Source: Phoronis australis
Lineage: Eukaryota; Animalia; Phoronida
Direction: 5' to 3'
Length of the DNA stretch: 64,000 bases
Assembly (NCBI GenBank): GCA_002633005.1
Contig: NMRA01000298.1
Location: forward strand, 473,474 to 537,473
The notes below the pieces were generated by a model, which made no database searches, had not been told where the DNA came from, and was given only the letters and a program-made list of their open reading frames with translations. Of this stretch, positions 12,562-27,743 are shown one piece after another (the first letter of the stretch is position 1; every line of letters begins with the position of its first letter). A program made the translations under genes and the position numbers.

Positions 12562-15500
12562 GTGACTGTTACCTCACAATAGTAGACGAGTTATGAAAGC
12601 GTTCATGGCGTCGTGTAATATTTCAAATTTATCTTTCAATTTAGGTAATTTACTGTTATGAAACTGATCTGAAGGTATTCCTTATTCAATTTAAATGTGA
12701 TCTCTGGGCTCACAACGTCGTGTATGCCTTCAGACCAAGCACATGATATTTCAGATCTCTGTGTCACCGGAAATGACGGTTATTTTGACTAAGGGACAGT
12801 TTAAGAGCAATTTCATCATGTTAATCATTCCAAATCAAAACTCGTTGTCTTAAAAGCATGAGGTTTAAGTATTCACAGAAAAGTTTAGCTACGATTAAAA
12901 ACTAGCATTACAGTTTCATTTCTGCTGATGACGCACGTGCGTGTTTACGCATACGTTAGCTATGGACCATTAGTACGTTACTAGTCCAACATCAGTGATG
13001 TTGCGGTTAAAGCTAAAAACGTTGCGACATGGAAATAAGTTCAACAAAGACATGTCTGATGATAGGTCATAAAAGAGAAACGGTTGCTCTCATACGAAAG
13101 AAGACTTCTTCATGTAAATGAAGTTGGAAATCAATTTTCATGTATATTATTCAAAGTGACGAGTGTCAATAATTCTACTACAGATTTCTAAAGGAGCACC
13201 CCACTATTTTTTTTCATTATTGAATATATCTCTCGAATCTGACCTGACCTGCTCAGTCAGTAATCGCTATGCAGCATAGCCCCCCCAAGACAAGTGGGTA
13301 AACACCTACAAATCATTGATAAAAATAGTAAGTAGTACGTATGTGCGCCGGAACCAGTCTGGCAGGTCCTGGCGTCGGCCGCTGAGTACACATTTTCATA
13401 ATGTACATCAAAAAAGCATTCCGATGCCTCTAGAATGCACCATATGAGACTTGGTGAGAGAGAGGCTGAGGGAGAGGGAGAGGGAGGGGGAGGGGAAAGC
13501 GGGGGGATAGGGAGAGAGGGGGGAGAGACTAGTGAGAGCGGGGAGGGGGGGTTACTCAAGGTAAAAGCCGGTTCATTGAGAGCCACCGTTCAATACGTAC
13601 ATAAACCGAACAGAGAGTGGCATAAATGAAATGATATCCCACGAGACTTTATTCCACGAATCCACCGAGACAGAAATGTATTCATGCCACAAGCTTCGAA
13701 TTCCCAGTTTCTTTTATTTTTCGGCATATTTTAAATACTTCACCCAGACGTGGCTGATCACAATCTATAATGTATGTACTCGCGCGTTGTTTTACAAGTT
13801 TACTCTAGTTAAAGAAAGCAGTATTAATGTAATGATTTATTACTTGAGAAGAGATAAGAAAGATGAAAACAGCGATAATTGTGCATTAAACTTGTAACAT
13901 TTTCTGAAAATAGTTAAATAACAATAATTTTTAACATTGTAGTTACCGAGGAAACGGCGTCCGAGTTGCAGAGATATAGCATTTAGCAAATAAAACTGAG
14001 ACAGAAGAGTTATTTAATGAACAGTTTTGTTATGTTGAGTGTTATGTATACTGCTGCAACTTAATTATATTAAATATTTTTGGGAAACTTTAAAATTATC
14101 AGAAATTTAGGATTTTTCTTAGCTAAGTTAGTCATCTTGTAAGGGGCCCCTGGCTCCATAAGTTGGTACAAGTTTTTAGGCCAGACTTTCGGTTCTAACA
14201 ATGGTTCAGAAGCAATTATATGAAAGTAAAACGAGCTTTTAGTTGAAGCACGTGACAAATTTTGCCGGGTTATCCTACTAAGACGTCGACAACCAATCAG
14301 ACGTCTTAGCATGTTCATCTAGCGAAGTAAGACATTGCCAGTTGTGCCCGAATGAGATTGATACGACCTCTTTAAGACCTTTTAGTGTGTCTTGTGAATT
14401 ATTTTTTATCATTTGAAATCAATTGAAAGAAGAAAAATGAGACTATTGCAACACAATGGTGAACATATTCATGGAATTATCTCATACACTGTAGGTTTAT
14501 TTGCCGAATTTATAGCAGCAGCCCAGAATCGTATTTGGAGGGCACGAGCAATACTGTCGTCCACATGTGAATGAGCCACGTTCCTCAGGTTCAATTATCT
14601 GGGCTGAAAAGGGACGAGTAATGTATTACTAATGTTAGCAAAGTGCAGGGATTTTAATGCTGTTGTAATGAACACTGCAATGACACATCCCGGAAACCGC
14701 TGTAACAGGACATTATGTCTCCATTAACTCGAGACTCTGCGTACAAGTGTCTGAAACGAGCATCTGGGGGAATTGCATTGATAAGGGGCTGGTGCGGTGG
14801 TATTCAAGAACGTGAGGTGCTTGGAAGGGTTCGATTCCCCCACCCAATAATTTCTATGCGTAGAGGGTGAAAACTGTGTGCAGATCTGCATAGTCGTGAT
14901 GAGCGTAGTGTTTTAACAGTTTTCCAATACATTTCAGCCAAATTAGTAAACATTAAGGCGTAGCGAAACATGTAGAAGAGATATGAATCAAAGTAACGTT
15001 ATCGGCGAGAAAAGCATTTTTCAATAATTAGCATAGTATTTTAAGCTGACCACGATTTCAAAAAATTCTGTCAGACAGGGGTGGGAATCGGTGATTTTCA
15101 ATGTTATCACAAAAACATCAAGAACGTTGTTGTTGTGTAGGTCTCGGAGAGCTAATGACTCCAGCCTTTTAACAATGATCCTAAAAGTGTCGTTATTGGC
15201 CGCACTGTCCTTGAAAACGCAAGCACTTGCCAAAACGAGAGCTGACGCAAGGAAACCGCGACAAAGTAACATCGAGGTGTCGCCTTGCATTACAAGCGAA
15301 GCACGTTGTCGTGCTAGCTTTTGTCGCCATTGACAAGCGTCTACAGAACCCAACCCCACGTTTATTCTAATGTGAAACCGGAGCCATTTTTGTTTAAAGG
15401 GTACTATACACCCAATTTTATAATTGTCCAGCACGCGCTATGTCAGCACGCATGTGAAAACGAATGTTTCACCATACTTGTAAAGTCAAAAATATGATAC

Positions 15501-17139
15501 GCTTAGATTTTCCAAAGCAAGTCAATTGATATTTTAACTAAAATTCAAGGTGTCACATTCTAGAGATTGGATTCGTTTCTTACAGCATTGAATAATGGTA
15601 TCAACTGGCCGGCGCTCTTTTTCCGCTTTTGAAATTACACATCGCTTCATAATAAAGAGTCTCGTGAGAAAGTGAGTCCCTGGACAACACCACTCATTTC
15701 CTGTTTTCTAAATTAAAATACGTAATTAAAACCTTGATGTTGACATCCATGAGCGCTCTTGGAGAGAGGCCTGGGGACTTAACTGTTTCACTGTATTGAA
15801 AATCATACAGCCTTTGTATTTATAATTCCCACTTGGAGGGGATCCAAAGCAATTGCCCCTTGGTTACTCTATAAAGTTACGCGGGAAAATAGGTAAAACT
15901 CCAAACAAACCAAGAGTATCTACCCTCCGACACAGCGCCACTTATACTGAAAAGTGGCCATGTAGAAAAATGACGAACGACACACGGAATTCCGTGTGTG
16001 GGCATCAATGCGCATGCTTGGTCGGAAGTTTATCGATCACATCGCCACCACTTGCACGCGCCTTCAATGCACTGTACATGTTTGAGCTTAGCCACGGGAT
16101 AGAGATTCCCTTGATTTTGTTTACATGTACTTCGATCCGTGTGGCGAATTTCTCGCTTACACTGGTCATCGCTCACATTCCCTTAGCCCCAGACAACTTT
16201 TACGATGCTTATTGAACATGCCCTTTGTATTGGAAACTGGTTGATAACTTTTTATCTAAGTTTTAAACGTGACGTACCAAAACAGTGGTAGATTTTGATC
16301 GCCAGCGAAACTTAATTAGTTAAGTTCATTGTGAGCCCACCCCTGAACTTTCCACATTACATGTGCACTATAGTTCATTAAAGTTTTATCTTCATTACTC
16401 AAATCATAAAATATATAAAAAGTGCAAATATGGTGATAACCAAACTGAAGACTGTCTCAACAATGGTTGTTGTTAGTACCCCCAATTTGGTTTTCTCTGA
16501 CATTTGCAGAGTTACAGCCTGCAACTCTGGAGAGTAGTTTTAAATTCGTACATAACAAATATTACAGAATGACTAAAAAGGTTAACTTGTGTTTATCTTG
16601 GCCACTTCCCGAAGGAACGATCTGTTTCATATTGGTTTTTGTTATTTAATTTTTAATGCCCACTTGTTTGCAAATATGCTGATAACCAAACTGAAGATTT
16701 GGAATCTGTGGACAATTCCCCCGGTGGCACTGGCTATATAACTATTCCAGCTGTTTGTCATTATTATAAAATGAAAAGTGGGCACAAGTTAAGTACAACT
16801 GTTTCCTGGTCAAAAATCTAGCTAAACGAGATTGAAAGAATATTAAAAATGACTCCATGTGATATTGTTAACTCTGATCAGCGTTTGTATATCCACCGAG
16901 TGTATCAATACGCGAGGTAGTTTATCTTCAATCGTACCCATTGGTTGTAGTTTTTAGAAAAATCATTATTAGTTCATCGATTTTTAAAAATCGAAAACCG
17001 TGCTTGGTTGCTTTTTTCCAGCTGAATACCTCCGTGGTGTTATTTCAACGAAAATTAGTGTTTAATGCATTTTGAAAATTCGCCATTATGTACAGTCAGA
17101 GAAGTTTAATACAGTTTACGGTAGGGTAATTACACTTAA

Positions 17140-18846
17140 AGGAGAATGCAACCCGATTTAATTAGTCTTTTTTACCGTCTTAATCGGTCTATATCCACAT
17201 CGCCTCTTAAACGGTCGACCTCACCTTGCCGACAGGTGTCGCGTTAACCTGTGAGGAAGGTGAGAAACGACGCAGCGACGTCAGTGGTTCGTCTGCAAAG
17301 TTAATGCCGCTACATTGCGGTGCATCGTTCCCGCTTGTCCGAACTATGAAGCTGCGAAGAGAGCGGGTATATCACTTTTTCGAATTCCTCGAGAGCCCGA
17401 AATGCTTAGGAAGTGGCTCGCGGGTAGTGAAGAATGAAAGGTACGCTGTTAATAGCATGTATGAGGCCGTGAATCAGTTCCGTGTCTGTGGCCGGTATTT
17501 CATTGACAGTGATTTCTCTGACGAATTACGGCTTACCAAAGAACTATCCATGCGTTCCGTTGTCTGTGTATGCTCACGGCGCCTCTGTAGTATTTCTTGA
17601 TCAGTGTATTCTGGTTCGAACTGATAGCCTGTGAAACCTAACGATCCGACCAGTGAAGTCTTCGTCGGATGAGCTCTTTGACTTGACTAAGTCGGGATTG
17701 GCGCTTGGCGAGTTGCCATGCTTTCTGCGTTCTGTTTCAAAATGAATCATTCTTATCCTAACTAATGCTTATATAAAAGTGAAACAAAGTCTGTTTCATT
17801 AGATGCAATTTGAAATGCCTTTGCAGTATTCTGAGTGCAAATGTTGAGAAGCCAGCAATGAATTAACCACTGCGTTACGGGCCGGATTTTGATGCCGGCA
17901 ATAAAGGTAATTGACTGGGTACCGAGGCCGTGTGAGCGCATGCTAATTCAGTGTTTGTTGACAGAAAGCTGTTGTGAAACAATTACTCGATTTCACATGC
18001 TAAGGTCACATGTTAATGCAATCTTTATACAAATACGTTATTCAAATCATTGTTAATGTACCTTTGCCCTGACTGTCTCTGGAAGGGGAACCCGACTTCG
18101 CGACCCCGACAAGTAAGTAGATTTTCAGTTTCGTGGCTAATTCACGTAAATAATTAGGTGCCCATTATTTCTTTGGCTCGCTATTAGTCTTTCCGTGAAT
18201 GGAGGTTTAGTTTCCAACTCAAGCTGGTTTATGTTCGTGCCAGTGCCGGCGGCCGCGAGGGGCCTTATCGGGTTCCGAGCCACTGGTCAGGATAACGAGT
18301 CAGTCCGGCCGCGACGGGCCTGATCTGGTTCCGAGCCAGTGGCCGCGGGATAACAAGCGTTTTGTGTGTTTAGAACTCAAAAAATCACAAGTCTAAACAA
18401 CACAACTCTAGGTTCTTTTGTCTGTATTTCACGGAAGAATACTTCGAATTTATCTCCGAACAGACCCCAAACTCCTGCTACGGACCTTGGTAAATTGGCC
18501 TGCCGAACTTTGTAGGCTACGTCGGTGTGTCCAAATACAAATAAATCCGTAACAGCGAAATAAACAAAACATTTTGAAAGAACTTGGTGTATTTTTAAGG
18601 GTTTTACATCGAAGTTTGATGATTAATTGGTGTTAAACGGTGAGTTTAAGCGATAAGCTGACACCAGTAACCCGTGTTGTGAACTGCTGAACAGACTGCG
18701 TGTGAAACCAATGACGTCATTGGATAATTTCAACACCTTCGTCTGCCGTCAGGTGTCAGGTAACGCAACCAAACATGCCGTTATCGAGTAGAGCTACTCG
18801 ATCTAAATTGATACAAAATAAGTTGTTTTTTGGGTGGCATGCTCCT
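17140..18846 (+). mobile_element. Kolobok-like DNA transposon with decayed THAP domain
   Basis: TTAA flanks (17136-17139, 18847-18850); TIR AGGAGAATGCAACCCG vs AGGAGCATGCCACCCA; frameshifted CIVPACPN..ISLFRIP..LRKW..FRVCGRYFIDSDF at about 17320-17520. Confidence 0.8.
18245..18358. repeat. Two-copy ~59-bp GC-rich tandem repeat
   Basis: CGGCCGCGA..GGCCT.ATC.GGTTCCGAGCCA.TGG..GGATAAC occurs twice. Confidence 0.75.
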
Positions 18847-19603
18847 TTAATTGGGTCTTGCTGGCATCTGGAAATGCGGTCATCACAACTGTACTTGATT
18901 CCCGCACCACGCGACGAGCGGTGAAAAGTCATGCATATCTTTAGAAATGCGTGACTTCCTTCTAAGCATATTATTCATGGTATGCACTGCCTGTTTTAAT
19001 AAATTGCAACTATTCAAGTCAAAGGTCGTCGCATTTCTTCGTACCAGTAAAGTGAAAAGGGTTTCCCAGATTTCAGCCAATGGGAATGACTGAATGTTAT
19101 TACGTCGGTTTCATTACTTTAACAATTGGAAATTCTGCACGTTTTCCCGCATGAGCTGTTATTTCACATTCTAGCTTACCCGGCGCTGCGAGCATTTTTT
19201 TTTTTCTTGTTTTGTACAACTTTCCAGTAATTTTACTCACTTCCGGGGCAACTGGTCCCCTCTGGTCCTCTGTATAATACGCTAAGCAAGCACTTGAAAG
19301 ACAATACTTTTACGTTCAGAGGTATTGTGATTTCATGGCGTGCACGATGCACGAGAGCCACAGGAATGTGTTAAACTTTACAGATGTTAAAGTGATACTT
19401 GCAGGCGAATTCCTTATTTCTGTGATTGCTTGACCAATTAGGTTGACACACCTCATATAGCGACGATGTGAAAATGAAGTCGAACTTTGTCAACTGTTTT
19501 ATGACCAAGTTTTATAGCGAGAATGATCCGCTGCAAATCACTCAACCGTGTCCAATAAGTATCGTGACGTGGTGATGTAGAATAACACTGCATGTTGCAG
19601 ATT

Positions 19604-21420
19604 ATGTGAGCCCGTGAGGTGCGTCGTTGTTGTGGTGAATGCTAAAATTCGTCGGAAAAGTGTAAAGATCTGTCATCTTTCTGACTATCTACCTGTATAG
19701 ACAATAAGCCCCTCATGTGACTCTGGATGATCCGGCGTATTTCAACTTGAGCGCTCACACCAAAATGTGTACTGCTCACTTTTACCCGGAGGATTTTATC
19801 AACTCAGACTCAAAGAAATGAAGACTCAACGGCAAAGCAGTGCCCTTGCGGCTTAAATGGAATGGCAAAGTGGACGAAATCAAAAAAGAAACCAAAAATC
19901 ACAATTTTAAGCTTAAACAAGCGAGACAAGAAAACGACGAGGAAACTGATTCAGCATCTGAGAGGGAAGATGACTCACAACTGTCGTCTCTTGTTAAGGA
20001 AAACGCAGACATACGAGGACGACCTGCCAGTGGTGTTGCCTTGTACTCGCAGATTTTCTGTCGAACATTTGAAAAGTAAATGTACAACCGTTGGCAAGAA
20101 CTTAAATTATTTGATCACTTTACCGCATTCAACTCTCACGTTGATTTCATTCAAACACTTCAATTCATTATGCCAAAATTTTAATGTAGATAGCAAATTG
20201 ATCATTTATCGGGACAGTGCCCTTCCAAAAGCCAGTTAGTGACACTGGAAAGCTCTTCGACGAAGGGTCCTCTGAGCCCCTTAAACAAATGGATGAGGAA
20301 AATTATGTCCCTAGTGCAACTCGGCAATCAGCTCAAAAACTGCTAGTTCAGGATGAATTTTTAAAAGTTTTGATGAAACTGAGAATGGGATTGTCAAACA
20401 TCGACGTTGATTTCATTTATACTTGAATGCTATTTTGGGAAGTTTGAAAATATGGCTTCACACCAGTGTGGTTTTAAACAATGTAAGACAAGATTTTTTG
20501 GAAAAGTATCCAAGTAACTTTGCAATTATTATTTTTAACAGTTACCAACTTATTAAGACATATACAAAAATATACTAATATAAAATTCAACCCCTAAACC
20601 GTTTTGAGCATTATATACGAGCTTTAGATAATATACTCACAATAACAAATGTTATCATTATACAAATGAAAAAGAGAAAAACGACATTGGCTTACAACAC
20701 TTCGATACAACAGCAGATTGTTATAAGCAAATCATGCGACGGATCGAAGCATCTTAAGATCAGTTTCTACACTGACTTTACTTGAACCATTGATAAGGAT
20801 ATTGGTTTTGTCTAGCAAACTTCAAAAATCGTTTAGTATAGAGAACACATCAGAGTACCTTTTGATGACCTGAAAGAGTCCCTCTTGAAATTATTGATAT
20901 CACCGAGTTACGAATACAGATTCCAGTTCTTTGCAAAAGCATAGCGATAGCTACAGTACATAATTATGTATCACACACAACACTCAATAGTCCCATAGGT
21001 GTTGACTCTAATGGAGGTGTTATGTTTGTTTCTCAGTTGACTGTATGAAGGGCCCGTATCCGACAAGCAAGTTGTCAAGAGGTCTGGTTTACTGCAAACC
21101 ATTAGAAACAATGTTGGGGAATTGTGAAGAGGCGATGCCATAATGGCAGATAAACGCAATTTAAAAGGGCTGGATATTGCCTTTATTTTTAAGAAATGGT
21201 GGAATATTTAAGTTGGCTTCGAAGAAAATGACGTCATTAAAACAAAAATTTTTGCTTAACACAGAATTGACGTGGAAAGGGCCATTGGTAAAATTCGACT
21301 GAAGGTTTAGACTTTTTCAAAGTGAAATACCAGTTACCCGTATTTGGAAGCATTAATCAGATATAGACTGTGGCCAGTTTACTCTCATAGGCTACTTCCA
21401 AAACCTAGTGTTGGCGTGAA
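19604..21420 (+). pseudogene. ISL2EU/PIF-Harbinger-type transposase pseudogene (THAP + HTH_Tnp_4 + DDE_Tnp_4)
   Basis: THAP end KMCTAHFYPEDF..KAVP..W (19760-19860); KLLVQDEFLKVLMKLRMGLSNIDV (20335-20410); GGVMFVSQL..EGP..SDKQVVKRSGL..GDAIMADK..RIDVERAIGKIR (21010-21300). Many stops and frameshifts; interrupted by an unrelated segment at about 20530-20960. Confidence 0.8.
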
Positions 21421-21442
21421 TGAGCAAAATGTCACTGAAATA

Positions 21443-21620
21443 CAGGGTGTTCCAAAAGTCACTACACACTTTTTAAAAATTGCGAGTTGAAACTTGAAGC
21501 GCTCACAGATGAGTGAAGCTAGGTACTTTGCAAATCATTAAAATATGGAATGACAACGACACCAAATGAACTGCAGTGAATAGAAGACACTGTTTTTGAT
21601 TTTTTATATGTACTTTAAAA
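21443..21620 (+). mobile_element. Tc1/mariner-like terminal fragment
   Basis: TA followed by CAGGGTGTTCCAAAAGT, a Tc1/mariner-like TIR start; partner end not found. Confidence 0.4.
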
Positions 21621-23224
21621 CTGGAAGCAAAGAGTGTAGTAGAGTAGGAGAGATCACTCCGCCATTTTACCATTCGCCGCATTGGTTACCGGTCGAAGCG
21701 CCCCAAGCGGTGAATAATCAACAATTAGGAGCGCAGTCCGAACAATGTAAACACTGATAAATTCATACTTTAATGACATTCAACTTGCAATAAAATTACT
21801 GTGTGATTGAAAATGGTTAGAAGACATAAGCTAACATCCACTTGTAATCGAATGAGAAAGAAAATGTGTATTTCAATCAATATTAAAGTGTTTTTATTCT
21901 CTTGAAGCTCCCTTCAAAATCCATCATGGTTTTGTTTCATGTTTGAGTTCTTAACAAGGCAATTATCGTTCCTTATGACAGCTCATACCTCCATGGACTA
22001 CAAAATTGGAATGATTGCTCCTGGGGGTTCAGAGGGGAATTCCCCCAGGTGTCAGCTAAGGGGGTACCAGGCAAAAACCAGGTGGGCGCCAAATGGGTGT
22101 TCACCCCCTCCCAAGGGGGTTACATGGGAGGAGTGCTAAACGGGTAAAAACCAATGGGGTATGCCACAAGGGATTTGAGCCCCTCCCATCGTGACACATT
22201 TTGGTTGCTCCCCTGACCACTGACAAACATGTTGCTCCCAGCTCACTGCTGGTTTCATCTCCACCCAAAAATTCCCCATGTGTTCCCTATTCAGTGCACC
22301 AGGATACTAGCAATGCGAACAATTGTTTTATGCAGTGGGTGTTACACAATCAAGAAGAAGAAACCAAAGCAATTCATTACTACCACAAAATCGTAACATA
22401 ATTTTAGAACATCCCATTATTTCTTAGACATGCCAGTATAGGGTAAACTCGATTCCACTCTCCCAATATAATCACCAACAGTTACAAGTCAGTTGCTAAC
22501 CTGTAGAATAGCTCACAACTTACAAAACGCAGTAACGTTGAGTATATCACTCATAACTAGTCCAAGTTTAAAATGTCATGACAAAGAATCAAGGCACTGA
22601 ACAGCAATCAAAATATTCACTACCCACATAGCTTCATACAAAACTGGATTAAAAAGAGTGACTTGGATGATAAAACCAAAATTTAATTTTATATACCCAC
22701 TGTTCCTATTATCAATAACAGCAAGTATTTCAGGTAAGTTAAAGCCAGACCACCGTATCTGTAACCTAGCCACAACTGGGGCTTAAATTAATCATAATCT
22801 CCAAAAAACGTACAAAATAGCCAACACATACACCAATACAACAAGAAAATGTGACCAACCTTGTCACTCTCTATTAATTCACTAGTAAACAACAACACTT
22901 TTCGCCAAAGAAATGCGTTATAAATAAAGCTGAAAACTAATTTACTCACAGAGGTGTTTGTCACCGTGAAGTAAAATGATACGGATAGCTTGGGTTTAGA
23001 TTCTGAAAGATCCATCAGTCTCACTTTGGCTCCCTCCAAATCACAGGCTTAACCATTCATAAAATGTTTCAATCTGATCAACCTCAGTAAAATAGGAAAA
23101 CCAGATTTTGACTAATTGTCCTCTCTACAAGTGATGTTCCAGTACTTGCTTTGTGATACGATAATCAGAAATGCAAAAAAGCCTATTCCAGAGCTGTAAT
23201 ATAATTTCCGGAGAACTTTTTGAC

Positions 23225-23403
23225 ATCTTCATTTTTGGTGGATTCGGGACATCAAATAGTGCTCGGGCACTCCATTCAATACTAGCTTGTTCTTCATTCA
23301 TCAACATGGACTCCTTGAGGTGATGAGAGCAAAACTTGCAGTTCTTGGACAAGTAGACTGCATCTCCATTCATAAGGTCGGCTCCCACTAACAGCACTTG
23401 CAC
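23225..23403 (-). pseudogene. THAP-domain remnant from a DNA transposon (hAT- or P-like)
   Basis: ADL..YLSKNCKFCSHHLKESMLMN..IEWSA..LFDVPNPP matches the THAP C-terminal half (CS.HF..AVPTLFDVPNPP). Confidence 0.65.
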
Positions 23404-26400
23404 TTGAACATTTCTGTTCGAGTCTAGCTACGACAGTGCGTTGAGCTCCCATTCAAATGGGAAAGTGCCTCAGATATTCTGTCCAGTCTTCTACTACCAG
23501 TGAAAGATCTGTAGGGGCCTCATTTTGGTGAACTCTATTGTAAATACCCAGTTCAAATCATGTGACACGCTCGCCGATGTTGTCTATTAATAAAGTTAGT
23601 AAAGTTTTGTGTTAGGATTAATGTCTAAGCTCTCTTTGGGATAATGGGATAACTAAGTAGGTCATTTCAGGTCGTTAATTAAACACCATAATCACTGGTA
23701 AATGTCCAGCTTCGTCCCCAAGCCACAAGATGGCGCACTGTGCTTTAGCCACTTGAGGCTTGGTGAAGAGATATCCCTTCTGCGCGCTGACGACCTTCAA
23801 CGCTAACAAGACCTACACAAGAAACCTTCAAACACGTGATTCTTTGAATAGTAAATACCAGTTGTTGAAGATCCTTGTCATTAATTATTTGATGTGAAAC
23901 TAAACAAGATACAAACGCAGATTATAATTGTTTTCACAGGCGTTGCTGCTGCCATTCGTGATTTTAAAGCAAAACACATTGGTTTGGTTATTGTTTGAAA
24001 TAAAAGTTGTTCCTGTACGTACATATTTTCGATTGTTTCATTGACGGCACCATAGTAATTATTCGGGTTTTTTAATCAAGTTATGTTATTTTTGCAATAA
24101 TCTAGACCTAAATTACCGCATAATTACCGTTAGTTTTTATTTTTTTATTATACACCACATTTCAAAGTTGGTGTAATTTTATAGCACTCGTAATATTTCG
24201 GCGATTTCCGTAAAAGGGTGTCAGAATTCTCGCAAGAAAATGCCTCCTTACATGACAATTCGGTTGAAATCCCTACGCCCTCGTTATAGTTCAACTTGGC
24301 AGCGTTAAATAGAGAACGATTCAAAATTCTCGACTCTAACTAACTCCTGTATTTAAGTTTTGGTCGGCTGACTACCATAGATTGAATCAATTTGAGAATG
24401 TATTTTATGTGTGTATTTCTAAATGCATCATGTAACTTTAACAAACAAACATGCTATCATGCAATTCAGTCATGGTTTTCGTAATACTTAAAAGGTTTTT
24501 CAGTTTTTGTGTTAGATTTAGATTTTCAGCATCACCCCTTTTCCACCAAAATATTTTCCTTTTTGTATATATGATTTGAATTCGAATTTCAATATACATG
24601 TAAGAAGCCAGCAGCCGTAAAAATATGATCCTTAAAATCGAAAATGGCTCCCTGATGGTTTACTCGTCGACGGCAAAAACCGTCGTCAGTTTATCGCATT
24701 TGGCGTTTGTTTGGCGTGAATCTTTTCTGTGAGTAGGAAAATGGTGTTAACGTGTTAACATCCTCTTTATTCACAGCTTGCTCGCGGTAGCATCCGTTGC
24801 AGACGATGGCTTGAAAATCCATTCCGATAAGTTATGTGTGATAAGAATATAACGTTCCTGACCCCGGCCTACTTAGTCACGTTATTGGATTCGCAATGTG
24901 ATTGTACATGAACCGGTCAAGCTTTACGTGCTTCTAAACTCGTGTTCGTTTTAATTTCACCCTCGTTTGTTGTTTTGACCCCGTTTTCGACTACCGGTGA
25001 GTGTTGGAATAATTGTGTTACTTGTGTTCTCTTTGCTTGTTTCTGCTCCCCTCTGAGTATTGAAACATTTACTAATTGGTATTTCAAATGCCAGAAGGTC
25101 TCCGAGAGTAGGACAACTTAAACCCAGTGACTTCGTCACGAAGACTGAAGCGGAACGAACAGAACATATTATCATTTTGCGGGTTGGTACGGTATGTAAA
25201 CTTGAATTCATTGACTGACCTGACATACTTATCTAAGACACTGTAGCTACTGTGTAGACTGTTGGGCATGTAACAAATACATGTAGCTAGATTGATGTGT
25301 TGTTGACGTGCAAGTACCTGTATGTCGGTGTTTTCGGCGGTACTAGGCAATTGCATGTACTAGGCATTAAGCAGTCCGTTAAGTAACATACCTGGCACAG
25401 GTGAGTAGCTATTGTGTCCCATTCCATGTGCTTGATGACCGAGATTTGGTAGTTAACACGCTAACGGAATACCAAATTATTGATTTGTTCCCTAAAGCGC
25501 TCCGCTGCTAAGTCTATCGTTTTTTTGTCTGCTATGGTTTGGAAATTCATTTGGACAATGTTGGCAAGGCTAGCGATAATCGAATATATTGAAATCGTGA
25601 CCTTATAGTAAGATCGTAAACTACGGATCAACCTCTACGAGTAGACTTATCTCCGTCGTGAATGTAACGCCATAATGTATTTCAATTTTATGAGTAATAA
25701 ATAACATTGCGTCGTACAATAGCGCCCACAAATGCCACTCGACTATTAGTCATGAATTCATTAACTTAACTTGTCACTATAATAAATAAATACAAAACAT
25801 ACGAATCCAGGAACACTGACTGCCGTACGCTGTGCCAGACAACCCATTATCCTCTAAGATACAGCTATGTAGGCGCGAGCAAATTGAGGACCCCACCTCA
25901 AAACCATAGCATGGCCCTTCGAAAGCCTTTGGGGCTGGGGTCGCATTTTTAGCCACCCGAGATGTGAAAATTTCTAACAATCGCGTGAACTGTGGCTACC
26001 GAGGCCAGCTCAAATTATTAGGGGCTCCAGACATTAACCTAAGGCTTTGCTGAGTGCATTGGGCACAATTCCCCTTTCTTTGGCTCTCCCTATTCTTATG
26101 ACCCGATATCACTTACGGGATCGGTCTATATAGCTATAAATGTAAACTTGTGGAGGCAGTCTATACCCCCGTGCATGTGGAGAAGTGTCTCCTTACCTGC
26201 GTCCAAGGGTATTCCATGGAGTACTGGTGGATATCCTTGTGTTCGCCTTCAAGGATAAATCCCTGCCAGTGTCTTGGGGTATTCCACTATGTCTGAGTTT
26301 TATTGCGTGTGCCGACTTACTGTGTTCCTTTAGAATGACAAATGTTTGGCTTCATGTTTGAAATGAAACGAAGTAAGTGTACCCGTTTCGTTTAAATACG

Positions 26401-27743
26401 CTTACAGTGACACGAATACGAATGCTGGGATAAATGGCGACGAACAAATCGTATGATGATGTGCAAATTACAAGTCTTCAGTCACACACGTCAATCAACA
26501 TTGTGTAGAGTGTACCTGATTTCCGGGTGTAACATGTTGTGACATAATGACTATAAGTGCTGAGTTGTGCGATCATATTACATATGCATCAAGGTCGACA
26601 CATATTGTCTCCCGGGCTACAACATGTGTTAACCCCCCCCCCCCACCCCTAACTTACAAAGCGGGAACATTTGGGATCTCCGGAAGACATGTTTTACTCC
26701 TTCCAACTTTCGGTAACCTCCCTCCCTCAGACAGGATCATAACTTTTAAGATGCGGCGGCCCCCCGCCCCTCCCCCAAAAAATTCGGTTTAGTGGGACAC
26801 AAAGAGAAATGGTTGGGCTAGGAAAGTTGAAATAGTTTGCAAAAATGGTTTCCTGTGATCTTTTTGTCTGCCTGGGTTTCCTTAGTGCTTTTATGCTACT
26901 TTGGTGTGGTTTTCGCCTCACATAGGGTATTTTTCGCGTGTTGTTTCGCGTAAAAATGAAACACGACGCATAAAAACGAATACGAACGACACGCGACACA
27001 CAAATTCGTGACCATTACCTTCCGAGTATTTTAGTCTCGTGCCGTAAAACTTACGAGCCTTATGCACTGTTTAACTTGTTTTAACAATTACTTACGTACT
27101 TTATGTTCCCGCGATAGGATTGTCATGATTTTTTTCATGTGGTTAATGCAAGTTTAAAATTAAACAATTCACGAGAGCTTAATGAATAAAAGGATTGCAA
27201 TTTATTTTGAGAGTGCGCAATTAATTTTTTCAAAGAGGTATTGATTAAGTCTCTGGTACTATGGACGTATATGGCGCAACGCAGGTGAGAGCAACTTCAC
27301 TTATTGAAAAAGGCGTTGTCATTCGATTCTATTTTGCTGTAATCTCATGCGCGTGGTCATGAAAAAACAAAACTTAGTACCAAGCAGCAGAGCGAAAACA
27401 TCACGCCATTGACGCCTACTCAAGGATTCGTTTTCTGACAACAGGCATGGTCATTTTTAATAAGGTGTGACTAAACATACTACATCAGATTTAATATATC
27501 ATGAGACTAGCCGCTACCCCTGGTGATGTGGGAAATGCCGAGGGGAAATGGCTACACCTTCAAGTGAACATTGTGTTCGTCGCAAGAGAAAGGGATATTT
27601 CTTGAAGAGACCGTTTAATTTTAAAGCTTCAATCAGAATTTCTGTCAGATTTAGCCAGGGCGTGCGGCTGCGAGATTCTTTCACCACGCAGTACAAATAT
27701 GTTTTTTCTTTCCAGAACATTTGACCCTGCCGTAACATACATG

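Noticed and set aside
13257-13629. Pro-rich and Gly/Glu-rich ORFs
   Set aside because: They come from a purine-rich low-complexity tract and show no domain or splice support.
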